Source: Desulfovibrio sp.
GTDB lineage: Bacteria; Desulfobacterota; Desulfovibrionia; Desulfovibrionales; Desulfovibrionaceae
DNA: 32,000 bases
Direction of reading: 5' to 3'
Assembly: GCF_018379785.1 (NCBI RefSeq)
Contig: NZ_JAGZUV010000003.1
Coordinates: 1,584 to 33,583, forward strand
The notes below the pieces were generated by a model. It searched no databases. It worked only from the letters and a program-made list of their open reading frames with translations, and was not told the DNA's origin. Below, in pieces: positions 1-8,280 of this stretch (position 1 is the first letter of the stretch; the number at the start of each line of letters is the position of its first letter). A program made the position numbers and the translations under genes.

Positions 1-1
1 C

Positions 2-334
2 GAAAAGCTCGGCGCCCCGGTCTATCAGCGTCTGGACGCGCCCGCCGACGACCGCACCCGTACGCTGCTCAAAGCTTTGACGCCGGAAAGCGTGCATCTG
101 AAAACCTTGGGGGGCTCGCCGGTGACCCGTGTGCTGACCCGCGCGCCCGGCAATGACGCGCCCATCGGCGGTGTCAAAGTCAGCAGCGAAGACGGCTGGT
201 TTGCCGTGCGCCCTTCTGGTACGGAAGCCATCTGCAAGGTTTATACTGAAAGTTTCAAAGGCGAAGCCCAGCTCTGCGCCCTGCAAAAGGACGCCATCGA
301 CTTTTTGGAACGCCTGCTGAAAAAGGAAGGGTAG
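2..334 (+). CDS. alpha-D-phosphohexomutase (phosphoglucomutase/phosphomannomutase) family protein, C-terminal fragment; 5' end lies outside the window
   Basis: Frame 2 is open from the window edge. The tail GGVKVSSEDGWFAVRPSGTEAICKVYTESF matches the conserved C-terminal domain signature of PGM/PMM enzymes (GWFxxRPSGTE...K.Y.ES). Confidence 0.75.
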   Translation, partial: EKLGAPVYQRLDAPADDRTRTLLKALTPESVHLKTLGGSPVTRVLTRAPGNDAPIGGVKVSSEDGWFAVRPSGTEAICKVYTESFKGEAQLCALQKDAIDFLERLLKKEG

Positions 335-791
335 GGCATGGTGAAAAACGGGGGCGGGCGGGTCTGCCACAGCAACTTGCGTATCGGGATGTTTCCGCGC
401 GTTTTGTGGGCCGCTGTCTGCGCCTTTTTCTGCATCATGGGCCTGAATCCGGAATGCATTCCACGATCCGCAATACCAGTGGCTGTTCGGCAGTGAGGCT
501 GTCAGCGGCCTGCCGTGGTATCATTCGCGTGCGGCCTATGTGAGCTGCATGGCCGGAGAGGTTCTCTGGTATCTCGTGGGGATGGGACTGAGCTTCAGTG
601 CCAAGAGGCCGCGCCTTTTCCATATCCATCTGGTCCTCTCGGCGCTTTGGGTCATCGGCATTGCGCAATGCGTCCGACAATAGGGCAATTGACGCATTGC
701 ATGCGCGAACTGCCCTGCAAGGATTTACTACAGAAAATCCTTGCCGCGCGAAATGCGGGCAGGCGGCCTTTGCCCGCCGTAAACGAGCATT

Positions 792-1706
792 TCAAGTATT
801 AAATTGCCCTGGAGCAGGGCGTTGGACGTGGGACGGCAAGCCGACGCTTTGCCTGAGACCGGCCACTTCTCCGGGGGTCAATGCCCTGGCAGCGCCCGGT
901 TTAAGGCCGCCCAAAGCCAACGGCCCTTGGGCCACGCGGCGCAGGCGCAGAATAGTCAGGCCCAGATCCCGGCACATGCGCCGTATCTGTCGGTTGACGC
1001 CCTGGCGCAATACCATGCGCAACAGGGCATTGCCGTTCTCAGCTGTTTTTGCTTCCACATCCACCGGCAGCAAAGCTTGGCCTTCGTCCAGGCGCATGCC
1101 CCGGCGCATGACCGCCAAAGCCGTTTCCGGCACAGATCCGCGAATCAGCACTTCATAGGTCTTGGGCTGGTGATGCCGGGGATGAGTAAGCCGCTGGGCC
1201 AGTTCGCCGTCATTGGTCAACAGCAGCAGACCTTCTGAAAAATAATCCAGGCGGCCCACGGGATAGAGCCGCAGATGCCGCGCCTCGGGCGGCAGATATG
1301 CCATGACCGTGGGCCGTCCCTCGGGATCATTAACCGTGCAGACGGTCTGTACGGGCTTGTGCAGCAACAGATAGTAATATTCCTGAGCGGCGGAGAGCTC
1401 CCGGCCGTTGACCGCGATGCGATCACCGGGCAGCACATGCCGGGCCGGATTTTCCTCCAGAGCCCCGTTGACCTGTACCTGACCCGCAAGAATAAGCTCG
1501 TCGGCCTTACGCCGCGAGCACAGACCGGCGGCGGCAATGGCCTTGTTCAGGCGCACGCCGTTTGTCGCGTTGTCCTGGACTGGACTTTCCGGCGGCGTGT
1601 TTGCGGCACGGCAAACATCAGCAGCCTTGTCGGCTGCATGCGTGCGCTGCGCCTGTGACGGGCGCCGTGTGGATGCGACGGTGTGAGGCCTTGATTTTCC
1701 GGGCAT
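792..1706 (-). CDS. pseudouridine synthase, RsuA/RluB family (S4 domain plus catalytic domain)
   Basis: S4-like segment LNKAIAAAGLCSRRKADELILAGQVQVNG, then YYLLLHKP and the catalytic GRLDYFSEGLLLLTNDGELAQRLTHPRH motif. Start placed at ATG 1706, which is preceded by AGGAG on the minus strand; the ORF is open up to 1763. Confidence 0.85.
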   Translation of the reverse strand: MPGKSRPHTVASTRRPSQAQRTHAADKAADVCRAANTPPESPVQDNATNGVRLNKAIAAAGLCSRRKADELILAGQVQVNGALEENPARHVLPGDRIAVNGRELSAAQEYYYLLLHKPVQTVCTVNDPEGRPTVMAYLPPEARHLRLYPVGRLDYFSEGLLLLTNDGELAQRLTHPRHHQPKTYEVLIRGSVPETALAVMRRGMRLDEGQALLPVDVEAKTAENGNALLRMVLRQGVNRQIRRMCRDLGLTILRLRRVAQGPLALGGLKPGAARALTPGEVAGLRQSVGLPSHVQRPAPGQFNT

Positions 1707-1993
1707 GAAGAGCTCCTGCGGGCTGTGTGCGGGCATCGTGCTGGAAGAGAGGGGCCGCGTCAAGCGGGTTCCCTGATTCGCCGCTTGGGAATCAAAAGTT
1801 TACATAATTATCATTATGGGACATTTATCTCCATCCATGCCGCTCCCGGGAAGGGCTCTCTCGTCTCCGCTTCATTTGAAGGTGCAGATCGCTTGCATCC
1901 GCACCGCCGGGATATTCGGACCGGGACTTGCCGACAAGGCGGCTCTGACGTACAATACAAACCGGTCTTGCGTTCCAATCCCAAGGAGTTTTC

Positions 1994-2617
1994 ATGGGCT
2001 TTGCCAACAGCACCTGCAGTTTTACCCGGTTCCGTATTCTGGACCCCGTGTCCTCCGAGCTCTGGCAACAGATCCCGGACAAGCTCAAGCAATTCGCCTT
2101 TCGCGACATTGACGACATCCCCGAAATGCAGGCTCAGGGCTGGGTCAGTTTTGAGGATATGCTGGATTCGGAATGGGCCGCCGCACCGCCCCAGAAAGGA
2201 GCCTATATCGTCTTTTCCCTGCGCCTGGACACGCGGCGCATCCCGGCGGGCGTGGTGAAAAAGCATCTGGCCCTGGCCCTGCGCCAGGAGAAAGAGCGTA
2301 TGCGCGAACAGAACAAGACCTTTATCTCCCGTGAGCGCAAAAAAGAGCTTAAAGAACAGGTCATGCTGCGCCTGCGTCAGCGTTTTCTGCCGGTGCCGGG
2401 TGAATTTAACGTGCTCTGGGCCACGGACAAAAATGAAGTCTGGTTCGCCTCAACCCAGAACAAGATGATCGACCTCTTCATGGAGGAATTCCTGAAAACC
2501 TTTGAGTTGCATCTGGAACAACTGACGCCGTATAACCTGGCGGCCGCCATGCTGGACGAGGAAAACCTCATCCGTCTGGATCAGCTTGAAGCAACCCAAT
2601 TCGCGCCGCTTGCCTAG
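1994..2617 (+). CDS. RdgC-like recombination-associated protein (resembles the N-terminal two thirds of RdgC)
   Basis: AAGGAG sits 6 nt upstream of ATG 1994. The sequence (FTRFRI..., GWVSFEDM, lysine/glutamate-rich central helix, VLWATDKNEVWFAS) resembles the RdgC family as recalled from memory. No database search was possible. Confidence 0.55.
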   Translation: MGFANSTCSFTRFRILDPVSSELWQQIPDKLKQFAFRDIDDIPEMQAQGWVSFEDMLDSEWAAAPPQKGAYIVFSLRLDTRRIPAGVVKKHLALALRQEKERMREQNKTFISRERKKELKEQVMLRLRQRFLPVPGEFNVLWATDKNEVWFASTQNKMIDLFMEEFLKTFELHLEQLTPYNLAAAMLDEENLIRLDQLEATQFAPLA

Positions 2618-2633
2618 CAGGGAGACCTCTATA

Positions 2634-3113
2634 ATGAATATGCCCATTTCCGGCGAATCCACCGACAGCATTCTGGGGCAGGAATTTCTGACCTGGCTCT
2701 GGTACCAGAGCGACACCGCGCCCGGCGCCTTCACGGACAGCGAAGGCGCGCCTTTTGCTGTTTCCATGGAGCAGCGCATCGTAGTCCAGGGTGGTGAAGG
2801 CGAAGCCAAGGAAACCGCCTCGGTTTCCGGTTCGCTTTCGCCCCTGCGCGAGGCGCGCTTTGGTTTGGGCACGGGCAAGAAGGTCAGCCGGGCGCTGATC
2901 CGTCTGGAAAAAGAAGAACTGGCTTTTCAGCTCACACTCAAGGCCGAGGATTTCGGCCTGGGCAGCCTCAAGACGCCCAAACTGGACAAGGGCGACAGCG
3001 ATGACGACCCCGACGCGCTGCTGCTGGAAAAATTTTATCTGATGGAGGTCTGCGTCGGCCTGCTGGACTCCCTGTATGCCCGCTTTCTCAAGCTGCGCCT
3101 TTCGCCGGAGTAG
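2634..3113 (+). CDS. hypothetical protein, possibly an RdgC C-terminal-like partner of the upstream ORF
   Basis: GGGAG lies 9 nt upstream of ATG 2634 and 17 nt after the stop of the previous ORF. FLTWLWYQSD and an acidic C-terminal half loosely resemble the RdgC C-terminal part. The 2586 start in the ORF track lies inside the upstream gene. Confidence 0.45.
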   Translation: MNMPISGESTDSILGQEFLTWLWYQSDTAPGAFTDSEGAPFAVSMEQRIVVQGGEGEAKETASVSGSLSPLREARFGLGTGKKVSRALIRLEKEELAFQLTLKAEDFGLGSLKTPKLDKGDSDDDPDALLLEKFYLMEVCVGLLDSLYARFLKLRLSPE

Positions 3114-3177
3114 CACAAGGAAGTGGCGGATATGCGCCAGTGGCTGACGCGGACGGAGTAAGCCCCCTTTCCCTCCC

Positions 3178-4215
3178 ATGAGTCAGTCCCCCTCCCCTGC
3201 CCGCAGCCGTCGGGACCGCATCGCGGCCATTGCCCTGAGAGCCGCCAGAAAAACCCTCTGGATGTTGCTGGTGCTCTGGGGCATCACCCTGATCTCCTTC
3301 TGGGTCATCCATCTGGCTCCCGGATCGCCGACGGACATGGAAACCACCTTGAACCCCCTGGCGGGCGAAGCGGCGCGCCAACGGCTGGAAGCGCTCTACG
3401 GCCTGGATCGCCCCCTCTATGTGCAGTACGGGGACTGGTTGCTGCGTCTGCTGCATTTTGATTTCGGCAATTCCATGTCCGCGGACGCGCGGCCCGTGCT
3501 GGACAAAATTCTGGAGCGCTTGCCCCTGACCGTGTCCATGAATGTGATTTCCCTGGTGCTGACCCTGATCATCGCCATTCCCGTGGGCATCCTCTCGGCC
3601 TGCAAGCGTAACTCCTTGCTGGACCGCAGCGTGACCGTGCTGGTCTTTCTGGGTTTCGCCATGCCCTCCTTCTGGCTGGCCCTGCTGCTGATGATGTTCT
3701 TCGGCATAGATCTTCAGTGGCTGCCCATTTCCGGCCTGACGTCGATGGATTACGCCGGACTGAGCCCATGGGGGAAGCTCTGTGATCTGGCCCGGCATCT
3801 GGCGCTGCCCATTCTGGTCTACACCATCGGCGGCCTGGCCGGCATGTCGCGCTATATGCGCGCCTGCATGCTGGAAGTGCTGCGCCAGGATTACATCCTC
3901 ACGGCCAAGGCCAAAGGTTTGCCGCTGAGCCTGATTATCCGGCGGCACGCCCTGCGCAACGCCCTGCTGCCGGTCATCACCCTGCTGGGCCTTTCCGTGC
4001 CGGGGCTCATCGGCGGCAGTGTGATCATTGAATCCATTTTCGCCCTGCCCGGCCTGGGACAGCTCTTTTACTCGGCGGTCATGGCCCGCGACTATACCAT
4101 GATCATGGGCAATCTGGTGCTGGGCGCAGTGCTCACCCTGGCCGGCAATCTGCTGGCCGACGTCTGTTACAGCCTGGCCGACCCGCGAATCCGCGCCTCC
4201 GGGGAGCAGAACTGA
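3178..4215 (+). CDS. ABC transporter permease, oligopeptide/dipeptide (OppB/DppB) type
   Basis: Multi-TM protein with the N-terminal [14 protein letters not shown] motif and the binding-protein-dependent transport EAA-like loop ([30 protein letters not shown]). Confidence 0.9.
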   Translation: MSQSPSPARSRRDRIAAIALRAARKTLWMLLVLWGITLISFWVIHLAPGSPTDMETTLNPLAGEAARQRLEALYGLDRPLYVQYGDWLLRLLHFDFGNSMSADARPVLDKILERLPLTVSMNVISLVLTLIIAIPVGILSACKRNSLLDRSVTVLVFLGFAMPSFWLALLLMMFFGIDLQWLPISGLTSMDYAGLSPWGKLCDLARHLALPILVYTIGGLAGMSRYMRACMLEVLRQDYILTAKAKGLPLSLIIRRHALRNALLPVITLLGLSVPGLIGGSVIIESIFALPGLGQLFYSAVMARDYTMIMGNLVLGAVLTLAGNLLADVCYSLADPRIRASGEQN

Positions 4216-5051
4216 TGCTGCCCGCCGCCGTAAAGCGCTTGCTCGGGCGCAACCTCATGCTTACCCTGGGCCTGGGCATTGTGCTGTTCATGTCTCTGGC
4301 GGCCCTCTGCGCCCCGCTGATCGCGCCCTATCCGCCCACGGCCCAGCATCTGGACAACATTCTGGAACCGCCCTCCTCCCGTTTCTGGCTGGGCACCGAC
4401 CGTCTGGGGCGGGATGTCTTTTCCCGTTTGCTCTACGGGGGGCGCGTGTCCCTCTGGGTGGGCTTTGTGGCCGTGGGCATCTCCATCAGCATCGGTACGG
4501 TACTGGGTCTGATCAGCGGCTATTTCCGGCGTTGGGTGGATGAAGCCATCATGCGCCTGGTGGACATCATGCTCTGCTTCCCCTCCTTTTTCCTGATCCT
4601 GGCGGTCATTGCCTTTCTGGAGCCCGACCTTACCAATATCATGGTGGTCATCGGCCTGACCTCCTGGATGGGCGTAACCCGCCTGGTGCGCGCTGAAGCC
4701 CTCAGTCTGCGCGAGCGCGAATTCGTGGCCGCCGCCCGCCTTGCGGGCAGCCCCACCCGGCGGATTTTATTCCGCCATATCCTGCCCAACGCCCTCGCGC
4801 CGGTGCTGATCACCGCTACTCTGGGCGTGGCCGGGGCCATTCTGGTGGAGTCGAGCCTGAGTTTTCTGGGATTGGGCGTACAGCCGCCCACGGCCAGCTG
4901 GGGCAATATGCTCATGGAAGGCAAAACCGTCATTGAAAACGCGCCCTGGCTCTCGGTCTATCCGGGCCTGGCCATTCTGATCACAGTACTCGGTTATAAT
5001 CTTCTGGGTGAAAGCCTGCGCGACCTGCTGGACCCGCGTCTCAAGCAATAG
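4215..5051 (+). CDS. ABC transporter permease, oligopeptide/dipeptide (OppC/DppC) type
   Basis: ATG overlaps the upstream TGA by 1 nt. Carries LGTDRLGRDVFSRLLYGGRVSL and EFVAAARLAGSPTRRILFRHILPNALAP, typical of OppC/DppC permeases. Confidence 0.9.
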   Translation: MLPAAVKRLLGRNLMLTLGLGIVLFMSLAALCAPLIAPYPPTAQHLDNILEPPSSRFWLGTDRLGRDVFSRLLYGGRVSLWVGFVAVGISISIGTVLGLISGYFRRWVDEAIMRLVDIMLCFPSFFLILAVIAFLEPDLTNIMVVIGLTSWMGVTRLVRAEALSLREREFVAAARLAGSPTRRILFRHILPNALAPVLITATLGVAGAILVESSLSFLGLGVQPPTASWGNMLMEGKTVIENAPWLSVYPGLAILITVLGYNLLGESLRDLLDPRLKQ

Positions 5052-5160
5052 CTCTTTTGCCTTGGACAGCCTGTTTTGTTAGTATGAATGCGGCGGCATA
5101 GGTCTGTGCGGCCTGAAGAGCGGCATATCTTTAATCTATCGCTTGAAGTTGTAAGCAACT

Positions 5161-6756
5161 ATGCTGGAATATCTGCGCATCCGCAATCTGGCCCTGATCG
5201 AAGATATGGAGCTGGACTTTTCACCGGGCATGAACGTGCTTACCGGCGAAACCGGCGCGGGTAAAAGTTTTATCCTCAAGGCTCTGGGCTTTCTGCTGGG
5301 CGACAGGCTGAGCGCCGAAATGGTGCGCCCCGGCGCGCAACGGGCCCAGGTGGAGGCCCTGTTCACCCTTGGCGATCAGGATCTGGTATTGCGGCGTGAA
5401 CTGCTGGCCGAGAGCGGCCGCAGCCGCTTATACATCAACGACGCCCTGAGTTCGCAGGAAAGCCTGCGTGATCTGCGCGCGCGTCTGGTGGCGCACACCA
5501 GCCAGCACGGCCAGCAGCAACTTTTGCAGCCCGCTTTTCAGGCCAAACTGATGGAGAGCGCCTTTCCCCGGCCTGAACTCCTGGAGGAGCGTGACGCCCT
5601 GCTCCGCCAGTTGCAGGAGGTTTCAGCCCGGCGCAATGTCCTGTCGGCAAAACAGGCCAGCCTGGCCGACAGACGTGACTTGCTGGAAATGCAGCAACAG
5701 GAGATAGATAAAGTATCGCCTGAAGAAGGCGAGGAAGAACATCTTGAAGAGCTGCGTGCTCAAGTCCGCGCGCAGGAGCATTTGCGGGAGAATTATGAAA
5801 ACGCCCTGACTCTGCTGCACGGGGAGGACGGGCCGGGCCTGCTGGATATGCTCGGGCGCTTTGAACGCCTCATCCATACCATGAGCCGGGACGACGCGGT
5901 TCTGGCGCCGGAGGCCGAGGCTGTTGCCGCTCTGCGTCAGCAATTGGTGCACCTGGGCAATCATTTGCGCCGCCCTCCCCTGCCCGATGAGGAAATGGAC
6001 ATGGACAAGGTGGAGGAACGCCTCTTTGCTTTGGCCCAGCTTAAGCGCAAGCTGCGGCGCAGCCTGCCGGAAATCCTTGCCCTGCGCGGAGAAATCGAAG
6101 AGAACCTCTCTTTTCTGGACGTCTGTGCGCTGGACCTCTCGCGCCTTGCCAAGGAAGAAGCCGCGCTGGCGGAAAAACTGGCGGCCGTGGTGGAACGTAT
6201 CCGGCCTGTACGCCGGGAAGCCGCAAGCTCTTTTGCCCATAACCTGGAAGACCAGTTGCGCGATCTGGGCTTTTCCGAACAGGTGCGGGTGATTCCCGAT
6301 TTTGTGCCGCAGGAACTCTGGCCGGGCGTCGCGGATGAACGGGTACGCATTCTCTGGGCCCCCAATCCGGGCCAGCCTCCACAGCCCTTGGACCGCATCG
6401 CTTCGGGCGGCGAACTGTCACGCTTTTTGCTGGCCCTCACCAGCGTGCGCCGGGACGCGGAAAGCGCCACATATATCTTTGATGAGGTGGACGCCGGTGT
6501 GGGCGGCCTGACCTTGAACAAGCTGGCGGAAAAGCTCAATGCCCTGGCCGAACAGCGCCAGATGTTGCTGATCACCCACTGGCCCCAACTGGCCGCGCGG
6601 GCGCGCAAACATTTTCAGATCAGTAAAGTGGTCCGCGAGGATGCCACCTTTACGCTTTGCTCGCCGCTTGACGGCCCGGCCCGGCATGAGGAATTGGCCC
6701 GGATGGCGGGCGGCGGCCCTCAGGGTGAAGCCCTGGCGCGCAGTTTGGAAGCCTGA
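5161..6756 (+). CDS. recN: DNA repair protein RecN
   Basis: MLEYLRIRNLALIEDMELDFSPGMNVLTGETGAGKS (Walker A), a long coiled-coil middle, a C-terminal SGGELSRFLLAL signature and the Walker B segment YIFDEVDAGVGG. Confidence 0.92.
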   Translation: MLEYLRIRNLALIEDMELDFSPGMNVLTGETGAGKSFILKALGFLLGDRLSAEMVRPGAQRAQVEALFTLGDQDLVLRRELLAESGRSRLYINDALSSQESLRDLRARLVAHTSQHGQQQLLQPAFQAKLMESAFPRPELLEERDALLRQLQEVSARRNVLSAKQASLADRRDLLEMQQQEIDKVSPEEGEEEHLEELRAQVRAQEHLRENYENALTLLHGEDGPGLLDMLGRFERLIHTMSRDDAVLAPEAEAVAALRQQLVHLGNHLRRPPLPDEEMDMDKVEERLFALAQLKRKLRRSLPEILALRGEIEENLSFLDVCALDLSRLAKEEAALAEKLAAVVERIRPVRREAASSFAHNLEDQLRDLGFSEQVRVIPDFVPQELWPGVADERVRILWAPNPGQPPQPLDRIASGGELSRFLLALTSVRRDAESATYIFDEVDAGVGGLTLNKLAEKLNALAEQRQMLLITHWPQLAARARKHFQISKVVREDATFTLCSPLDGPARHEELARMAGGGPQGEALARSLEA

Positions 6757-6994
6757 TTCCGCTGTTCCACTGCTTTTCTTTTTCGCTCCCTTCCCCACAC
6801 ACAGCCACTGGCAAATTTTGCCGCACTGCCGGTCTTCCGTCGCTCTCGGACTGAAATCTCCCGTGGAAAAGTCGTCAAAAACGCGCCGTCGGAACCGGGA
6901 ACGCATACGGCATAGCCCTGCTTTTCCCATAGGCTGGGCCGCCTCTCTTAAATTTCTCTAGACTTTTAAGGGCGATGGAAAGCTCAAGCCGTGC

Positions 6995-7010
6995 TGGCAC
7001 CTATTTTGCT
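6995..7010 (+). promoter_or_regulatory. sigma-54 (-24/-12) type promoter
   Basis: TGGCAC-CTATT-TTGCT matches the consensus TGGCAC-N5-TTGCW exactly. It faces the downstream hypothetical gene. Confidence 0.5.
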
Positions 7011-7123
7011 TAAGTGCGGGGTAAGCAGACGCAAGGGAAAAAATAGCCGTGGATGTTCGTGCAAACAGCCGGGGACATCCAAGAGCATTGTATGCCGGAG
7101 AAATCACTCCACTGGAGGAGTTC

Positions 7124-7663
7124 GTGAATACCGACAGTCAGAACCACCTCACCAGCATGGTCCATATGCAGTCCGGCGTTTCCGCCTCGGTTGCGGCGGC
7201 TGTGGAGTCCGATTCCGGCGATGTTGCGCCGCTGTCGCTGGGGGGCAGAGCATCCCACGCCCTGCAAAGCCTGAGCCGGGATGGCCGTGAACTTTCGCAA
7301 GCCCTGGAGGCGCATTTGGACAGCCTGCAGGAATCATTCATGGCCCTGTTGCACGGGCAACTGGACGCCGGGAAGCTGGAGCTGGAAGAACGCCTGCATC
7401 TTTACCTCTCGCCGGAGGGCCGCCTGGTGGTTGAAGGCAGCGACAACGATGCGGAAAAAGTCTGTGAACTCATTTCCCGCAAGCCCGCCTTGCAACGCCG
7501 CTTTCAGGAACTGGCCCGGCTGGCCCTGCTCTCGCATGGCGTGGAAGTGGCCTGTCAGGCCCACACCGCCTTGCGGGAACCGGAACAGGAGGCCGACAAC
7601 CCCTTGTTCAGCCGCTATCATATGTGTCTCAAGGGCCCGCTTTCGCATTTTTATGTCCGCTGA
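7124..7663 (+). CDS. hypothetical protein
   Basis: ORF open from 7049. GTG 7124 is preferred because GGAGGAG lies 4-10 nt upstream; 7049 remains possible. No recognisable domain. Confidence 0.5.
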   Translation: MNTDSQNHLTSMVHMQSGVSASVAAAVESDSGDVAPLSLGGRASHALQSLSRDGRELSQALEAHLDSLQESFMALLHGQLDAGKLELEERLHLYLSPEGRLVVEGSDNDAEKVCELISRKPALQRRFQELARLALLSHGVEVACQAHTALREPEQEADNPLFSRYHMCLKGPLSHFYVR

Positions 7664-7712
7664 GCTTGCCAAGCGAGCGCAAGCGGCTTATTCTATTTAC
7701 CTACCCGAATAT

Positions 7713-8091
7713 GGGGGCGCACTGGTTTCGACGTGGATGTGGAAGCCGGAGCGGCAGGCCGAGGCGCCGCTGGCCTCGTAAAAAAGCGGCAACACAGTAA
7801 TTGCCAACAACGATTACGACTACGCTTACGCTGCCTAGTCAGCGAGGCAACTGACCGCATAGCCGGTCGCGCTGCTCGGGACCACGCCTGATAATCCCGA
7901 GCGGCGACATTTATCAGGCTGGCGGAAACCGGCGCTCGCCGGGGTTTTCCGTGAGACTGTCACCGGCGGGCTTGCCGCGTTGCGCTTGGTCAGGGGCCAC
8001 CAGCGCGGCGAGATTTAATCCTGGCCTAAGCCTGTAGATGCTTCGCGTGGAGTATTCGCGGACGGGGGTTCGATTCCCCCCGCCTCCACCA
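7713..8091 (+). ncRNA. ssrA: tmRNA (SsrA), 379 nt including the 3' CCA
   Basis: 5' GGGGGCG pairs with 3' CGCCUCC (G3:U alanine identity pair), followed by ACCA. T-arm GGGGGTTCGATTCCCCC. Internal tag reading frame 7803-7838 is GCC AAC AAC GAT TAC GAC TAC GCT TAC GCT GCC TAG, giving ANNDYDYAYAA*. Confidence 0.95.
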
Positions 8092-8126
8092 TTATAAACT
8101 TTTTTTACTGTCCAAGTCAGTCCAAA

Positions 8127-8170
8127 GAAGGCCGTAAATCCTAATAACACAAAGGATTTATGGCCTTTTT
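8127..8170 (+). terminator. rho-independent terminator-like hairpin downstream of ssrA, inside the island
   Basis: AAGGCCGTAAATCC (8127-8140) pairs with GGATTTATGGCCTT (8153-8166) with one G:U pair, followed by TTTTT. Confidence 0.55.
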
Positions 8171-8212
8171 GGTGTCCTTGGAAGTCCGTGAACATCCGTT
8201 GTCATCAAACAC

Positions 8213-8264
8213 GAATGGGGGTAAAAATGGGGGTAAATTGAAAGCGCGAGAAAGTTTTACCCCC
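8213..8264 (+). repeat. three copies of TGGGGGTAAA (two tandem 12-mers AATGGGGGTAAA plus one inverted copy) just upstream of int
   Basis: AATGGGGGTAAA occurs at 8213-8224 and 8225-8236. The inverted copy TTTACCCCCA is at 8255-8264, ending 6 nt before the int RBS (GGAGG). Confidence 0.6.
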
Positions 8265-8280
8265 AACTTCGGAGGCCATT

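Noticed and set aside
721-777. Two small hairpins (GGATTT/AAATCC and GCGGGCA/TGCCCGC) downstream of the pseudouridine synthase stop, considered as a terminator.
   Set aside because: The stems are short and no convincing U-run follows on the minus strand, so support is too weak to list as a feature.
3088-3948. Long antisense ORFs in the six-frame track, for example 3088-3948(-), 5623-6240(-), 5961-6608(-), 2568-3179(-), 24262-24963(+), 25179-25778(+), 27327-27932(+), 28962-29615(+), 13271-14005(-).
   Set aside because: Each lies opposite or out of frame to a gene with clear family signatures. Their translations are low-complexity Arg/Pro/Gly/Ala-rich, as expected for shadow ORFs in high-GC DNA.
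6815-6831. Near-palindrome GGCAAA-T-TTTGCC downstream of recN, superficially similar to the ars TTGGCAAAATTGCCAA motif.
   Set aside because: The spacing and flanks differ (6-1-6 against TTGG-N8-CCAA), and it is chromosomal and far from the ars genes. It is most likely coincidental, or at most part of a weak recN terminator.
7914-8195. 93-aa minus-strand ORF, plus the 7281-7781 plus-strand ORF, overlapping ssrA.
   Set aside because: The region is fully explained by the tmRNA structure (acceptor stem, tag ORF, T-arm). The ORFs have no RBS or family resemblance.
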